Shown here piece by piece: positions 49,098-64,000 of a stretch of DNA of 64,000 nt. The notes beneath the pieces were generated by a model. It ran no database searches and had not been told where the DNA came from. It was given only the letters and a program-made list of their open reading frames with translations. Made by a program: the position numbers and the translations under genes. Position 1 is the stretch's first letter; the number at the start of each line of letters is the position of its first letter. Origin of the DNA: Amoebidium appalachense (lineage: Eukaryota; Protista; Ichthyosporea); NCBI GenBank assembly GCA_963693365.1, contig CAVNZM010000002.1, positions 17,021,615 to 17,085,614 on the forward strand. Direction: 5' to 3'.

Positions 49098-49215
49098 AGT
49101 GCTGATGAAGAAGAGAGTCCAGAAGGCGCTAGAGAGGCGACATGCCCCGGCCTCCCCCGTAGCCAAGGCTCCCCCGGGGCCCCCTCCGGAGTCCCCCCCG
49201 GCCCTCCGGAACCCC

Positions 49216-50848
49216 TGTTACGATAGTGTGACTTGTGTGCATACACTAGCGTACCGCCGGGATCTATTCAAGATCCGGATCAATGTTGTGGACAGTATTC
49301 ATATTCCTGATTCGTACAGAACATTCTTAGAAGGTGAATGGTGATCTGATTGGTTTATTACCTAGCTTAGTTCCGATTGGATTATGAGTTACCCAATCAT
49401 ATCTTAGCTCTCTCAGCTACGAAGGTATATAAACCAGAATGACGGGACTCATTCAATCACTAGTCAATAAACATCGATATCAACAACCACCGATCACTTC
49501 TGTGCTCTACTCTAGTCGAAGAGGGTTCTGCACTCTAAACTGGTTCAAGTCTCAACATGGCCAATTCTTCCGGAAACTTCAAGTCTCGAGACGGACAGGT
49601 CCCTGTCCTCGACGTCAACAACTTCTTCAAGTGGCAGAGGCAATTCTGGCTTCATGCCCAAGGGCGCAAGCTGGAGCAGTGCTTCATCACTCCTCCCATT
49701 ACCGAACACCTGCAGGATTTCAACCTTAGGACGCCTCTCTACTACCTTCATGGGCCATTTTCCGCCCAGGGCAAGCGCTCCTGTACCTGCGGGCCTCGCC
49801 AGCCTGTCCGGTACTTTAACTGGTGAACCACCACCGCCGCAGCGACCCAACATACTGCCGTCCATTACCCCGTTGCGCCACCCACGCTCTGCAGTTCGAC
49901 TGCCACCTGGTGACTCCACTATGGACTCACTTGCACTTCTTCTGGAGCGTACTACACTCAAGGACCCGGAGGAAATTTCCCCGACCTTTCGCTGCACAAC
50001 TGTTTGATCGTCCAGGAACCACTTCACATGACGGTAGTGCTACTTCCGATGAGGACGATTTTGAAGATTATGATGCTTCTCACACCGACCAGGACGACTC
50101 CCCCCCTCTCCCAGAGCAAGGAGAGGATGGCGCTACCACTGCTGACACCCAATATCCATCTGCCCCGGCTACTACTGCCCAGGATTCCGGCAACCAGCCC
50201 CCTGCACGCCCTACGCGTGTAGCTAGTACTAGACCAGCCCGCCCACGCCGATCTCCCCGCGACCGCCTCCTCTCGCTCTGCAACCCTAAGGGGACCCAAG
50301 GAGATTATGCGCTACTGCCAAGTGCAAGCCAAGGCATTCACGCTGCTTCAAGCTGCTTGCACCACTGCTGCAGCATGCATGCCTCCACGCAATGCCTAAT
50401 CGAGCGCTGCAACACTGCTTACGAGGCATGGCAGACTTTGATTGCCACATACGGCACTGTTACTGGTCTCTCTCTATTGAACCTACGGCGCGAATTTTCC
50501 CGCCTCCCGCCCATCCCCGGTGAGTCTATTACAGACACATGCAACCGTGTTGAGGATGCTGCATATCAGCTCGACATGGCCGGCTGCCCTGTCACCGACG
50601 AAGACATCATTCTGGTGATTCTTAACTTGATCCCCCAGGACGACTACAAGGACCAGACTTCGGCCATTATGCAGAGTTATGACCTGTACGGCATGCACCT
50701 ATCTCTCCAGCAGATTCGTGGTCTTCTACTCAACCGTGAGCTCAACATTAAGAGTATGAAGGCCTACCGCCGCCCCTACAGCCAAGACCGCCGCCCCCAA
50801 CAGGGTGACCGCTCCGATCGCTCCCGTGACCGCGAGAACATTTCAACA
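49216..50848 (+). mobile_element. Truncated Ty1/copia retrotransposon: 5' LTR-like segment plus frameshifted gag
   Basis: Begins TGTTAC and shares GGTATATAAACCA with the LTR at 7632; AATAAA and TCAACA near 49485. The ORF from 49557 (VPVLDVNNFFKWQRQFWLHAQGRKL) and the later TAYEAWQTLIATYG..LRREFSRL..PGESITD..RVEDAAYQL..AGCPVTDEDIILVILNLIP..Y match copia gag. It ends at TTTCAACA before any zinc knuckle or pol. Confidence 0.85.
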
Positions 50849-52988
50849 CATTGGGGTTTACAGCTAATATGGAGCCTATACATAGAGGCGATTGGACGGC
50901 TACGCGAACTAATGATAAACGAATGGCGGTGAAATCTAGCAGAATACCAAGGATTCCTTTCAAGGGTGACCCTCGCATACGTAGCTGATGATTTCTGTTG
51001 TCCTCGGCGCGCCCATTTTGCTTCTGCAGCCGGTGACGCGATGGTGCTGGGCTTAGCCAACGCACTCCGCATACCAATAACCATTTTTAGCACGATTGCC
51101 AATCACGGTGTAGTTGCGGTCACTCCATGGACCCACCGTCATCGAACCCAACATTGCCATACCCGTATCCCTAACGGTGCAGCAGATCATTCCTCAGTGG
51201 TAATACCTCGCCTGTCGCATGCGAACAAAATCTCGGACAACAACCAAGCACAGACATCACACTCAGTTGACACGGGAAACTCGACGGAGTTGGCGTCTAA
51301 CGCTAACACAACTGACACGTTCGGTGGGTTGCCCGCCAAGGGCTGCAGCTGTAATAGAAACAGTAAGGATAGAACGCGTTTTTTTGGTGGTTTTAAGAAC
51401 GGTGGGGGAAAAGTGCAGGCATACGATGGGCATGAGCGTTGCATATGCGCAAAGAACAAGCGGCCATGCACCCAGGCATGCAGGTGTGAGAATTGTGGCA
51501 ACAGGTGAGCCGTATGATATGCATTTGCTACTTTTCTTCTTTTGCATCCTCTATTTGCCCACACTTCGTACTTTATAATCGAAACCTTAACTTGGCCAAA
51601 TCCAGGTATTTCTGCTTGTCCCTCTCTTTATCCCCCCCCCCCCCCCCCCCCCCTTTCCCCCCTCCCCTCCCCCCCCCCCCCCCCCCCCCCCGGAGGGGAA
51701 AGAAAAGCCCCCTCTCCCAATCCCCTCCCCCTCCTGTATCCGTCGTTTCATGATGTCTAACCCCCCCCCCCCTCCCCCCCACCTTCCCCACTGCTCACCA
51801 CCTGCACACCCGCACACCATACACAAACTTAAACACACACACGCATGCACGTGTGCACGCACATACAGAGCCCCCCCCCCACCCCCCACCCCCCCACACA
51901 CACACAATGCATCCGCGCATCATGGTCCATGCATACACGTGTGTGTATAGATGCACAGGTGCACGAATCCACGCACGCACGCACGCACAGAGCACGTGTG
52001 CGCGCGCGCACACAAACACACATGTGTACACGTGCGTGCGCATTCACACGCACACACAAACGCACATACAAATGCAGTCATGGACAGCGGCCAGAGCCAA
52101 ACCGTCCAGGTCGCCCGTCTACCATGCAGCTGCATTTATCCGGCGAAGGGGGGAACCTTTCCCTGAGAAGTGGTGATGGGTCCAACACCACCCATACGGC
52201 CAACACAACAGCCACCAGGGACAAGGCCACTGCCACGGTTCCAACGCAAAGGCGGCGCGCACGATTCACGCAAACACGAACCACAGATCAGAATGGTTTG
52301 GAGTATTATGTGTCTGTGGGCGAGGAGGTACGTTCGGGTCGATGGTCGGATGCGGAGACCGCGTTGGTTGAAAGTATTGTTATTTCGCTTGCGGAACAAA
52401 AGTTGCCGGCAACAGAGGAGGACGTATTTGCACATTACCATGCATGCACCATTGGAGGGCAACGAGGAGGGTGTGGGGCTGGATGCCATCCTTTCCAAAA
52501 CATTGAAACAAATCAAGTCAAAAATGGAACACATTGAGAAGGAAAGACGTTTGCGTAGTCAGGTGGCCGCCGAGGTGAGGGAGGAAATCACGAGGGCTAA
52601 GGAAGCCGATGCTAGGACAGTTACGGAGAAAGCAAGCGAGAGAGCACGAAACAAGAAACGTGGGCTGAAGTCACAGAGTAATTCACAGACTGCCCCGTCA
52701 AAGAAGGCCAAGCCCAGCGGCCTTTCACGTGCAAGCACCAACACAGGTGTTGCCCCTCAGGAGCATGATCCCACCAGTTCGTCAACCGATTCGGCGGATG
52801 AATTCCGAAGCACCCAACAGTCTGGGGTGATTCCCCCTAGCCAGCACCCGCACCATCCGCAAGCGTTCCACCCCAGTTATTATCACACATACCCGAGCAC
52901 GATAGCCAGTGCACAATGTAGCGTCTGTCAACTGACTTTAGCAATCCCTCCCCATCTGTGTCATACTTACATGCAATGCTGTAGGTGA
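50849..52988 (+). pseudogene. 5'-truncated, frameshifted gene: OTU-like segment + Cys-rich CXC cluster + Myb/SANT-like helical domain; probably transposon-associated
   Basis: RLRELMINEWR*NLAEYQGFL..HFASAAGDAMVLGLANALRIPITIFST (OTU-like), then GCSC..RCICAKNKRPCTQACRCENCGN. Intron 51504-52077 joins in phase to SHGQRP, followed by GRWSDAETALVESIV and, after a frameshift near 52450, KTLKQIKSKMEHI. Confidence 0.6.
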
Positions 52989-53585
52989 AAGGCCATGTTG
53001 TATGCTCTGATCACCGCTTTTGGCATCCGCCTGCTCAGTTTTAGTGTCACGGATAATAGGTGGAAGTGAGCCAATCCCTCCACGTAGTTTTTTATTTTTC
53101 TAATTGTTATTGTGGCTGCCAGCTGCTTTCGGGTCAGGTGGCAAACGTAGGGCATGTCTAGTAGGTTCGATTAGTATGGGATTTGGCATCATGATGCCAA
53201 GTTAATACTTAAGAATCAGTTTGTTAGGTGTTAGTTGTAACATTTAACTTCCAGTAATGTTCAGCATGCATATGTCATAGTGGTAGTTTATGATTGTAAT
53301 GTTACTTACAGTTTAACTGTAATGTCACGGTGTATGTAGAGTATGCTGTCACATTCAATGCACACACACACGGCACACACACACGAACATGCACACACGC
53401 AACCACATATGCATACACGTCAAGCACACACTACATCCATGCATGCGACGACATTCGCCTTTTTCATACCTATGATATCATTACGTAGTCAAAATACCAT
53501 AATAATAATGTGTAGAAGTGATTGCAGGTCACTTTCACATGCTGCAGCTGTTTTATTAATAATGACACTAATGGCAAGCACACTG

Positions 53586-53595
53586 CAGACTCGGA

Positions 53596-53640
<45 letters not shown>

Positions 53641-53726
53641 CCCCCTCGAAATTTTCGTTTGCGGTCGTTTCCCCCTCGAAATTTTCGTTTTGGGGGGGGG
53701 GGGGGGGAGCTTGGGAAACGAGGGTG
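53586..53726. repeat. Short fold-back element: C-run, duplicated CCCCCTCGAAATTTTCGTTT, G-run, weak terminal inverted repeat
   Basis: 20-bp direct duplication at 53641 and 53671; CTCGGATCCC on the left versus GGGAAACGAG on the right. Confidence 0.5.
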
Positions 53727-54035
53727 TAACCACCATGCACAAGGGAAAGAATCTTCTTCTTCCCATGCTGCAGACCACAGTGCCAGTTCGTCGAAGCTCC
53801 AAACGCCCCAATCCGATAAACCATATGCATTACAAACAGCATATGTCCCTGTGACAAGCCCTTCGAAGGCTGCAAGAATGCATGTGCGCGTGCACGTATC
53901 CAACACACGCATATTCTCTCGGAGCCAGCATAAAGATAAGAGGAGAAGAGGCGCACACTGTGCAGGCTCACGGCCCGGTGGGGATGACACGTAGTTTCTC
54001 ACGCAACGCACTTGAGTCACTTCAAGGTGGTCGCC

Positions 54036-54096
54036 TGTGATTGGTCAGAATTAATGTTTTGTGATTGGTAGGATGCGCACCTCACAGCGATTGGGT
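54036..54096 (+). promoter_or_regulatory. Cluster of three inverted CCAAT-like boxes ~700 bp upstream of the RhoGEF-LIM gene
   Basis: GTGATTGGTC, GTGATTGGTA and GCGATTGGG spaced about 25 bp apart. Motif only. Confidence 0.35.
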
Positions 54097-54769
54097 GAAT
54101 GGGCATCGTGGAAAGATAGTTGAATATCGAAAAATAAAACTCTGGCAACGGTTTAGGGTTCAGTGGGTAACTATGTAATGTCTGTATGGGGCTACTAGCT
54201 AGCTATAGAATAGGACAAGCCTTGTCGTTGACAAATTAGTGTTGGGGTATCAGTGTCGCGCCTGCGGGGACCGCGCGTTTAGCCAGTTTGTCTGCTTTAT
54301 CCCGGCAGAAAATTGTTTCAGCTTTTGCATATACGGCCGTGAACTTGGAGACAGATGGTACTTGCACCAGAGTTGGTGCTTGCACCATACCTAGAGTTGG
54401 ATGTGATTTTCACTTGCCCACAAATTTTTACGTGACAGAGCCACACGGGCCCACCAGAGTAATTGGCCCACTTTATATTTCTGGGCAGAGGCGTGACATA
54501 TGTTTTAAACACACCTATGGTGTTCATGCTTTCGGAGGTGCCTAAAGTAGTATAACCGTGCGTGCGCCGTAGGAGAGTGAATGGATCTCAAGAGAGCAAA
54601 GAGCAAAGAGACCTCCATCCCAAGTCATGCAATCAATACCGTGAAGCCTGTTGGATCCCTTCCAAAAAAAAAGATTCAAACATCTTGCTCCTAAGCCACC
54701 ACTTTCACTTCTTTTGCCCCTCCCCTCGAGATCTCCCCTCCTATTTCGGTCCCACCACATAACATAACC

Positions 54770-63875
<9,106 letters not shown>

Positions 63876-63908
63876 GTGGGGCATTGCAACCATCCCTTTC
63901 CCCCCCCC

Positions 63909-63975
<67 letters not shown>

Positions 63976-64000
63976 CACACACAAAAAAGAAAAGAAAAAA

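Overview
Intron-rich eukaryotic genomic DNA. Nearly all ORFs in the supplied track are translations of C/G homopolymers and (CA)n/(GA)n microsatellites, so genes were spliced by hand using GT-AG sites and phase matching. Five spliced genes emerge: the 3' part of an SLC52-like riboflavin transporter (+), a SMYD SET/MYND methyltransferase (+, 14 exons), VPS33 (+, 18 exons, with an intronic tRNA-Asp), a DUF1275/YoaK membrane protein (-, 3 exons), and a DH-PH RhoGEF fused to at least 4 LIM domains (+, runs off the window). Also present are a decayed tyrosine kinase (-), a very young 1.1-kb copia-derived miniature LTR element, a truncated copia gag, a decayed OTU-like/CXC/Myb-like gene, MITE-like elements and minisatellites. 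The tyrosine kinase and overall gene set suggest a unicellular holozoan (inference only). The most unusual signals are (i) an intron grammar with C-runs or (GT)n directly after the donor and (CA)n running straight into acceptors that lack a polypyrimidine tract, and (ii) a ~115-140 bp repeat family found only in introns, in sense orientation and next to C-runs. Homopolymer lengths may be distorted by assembly error. Family assignments come from motif recognition, not database searches.
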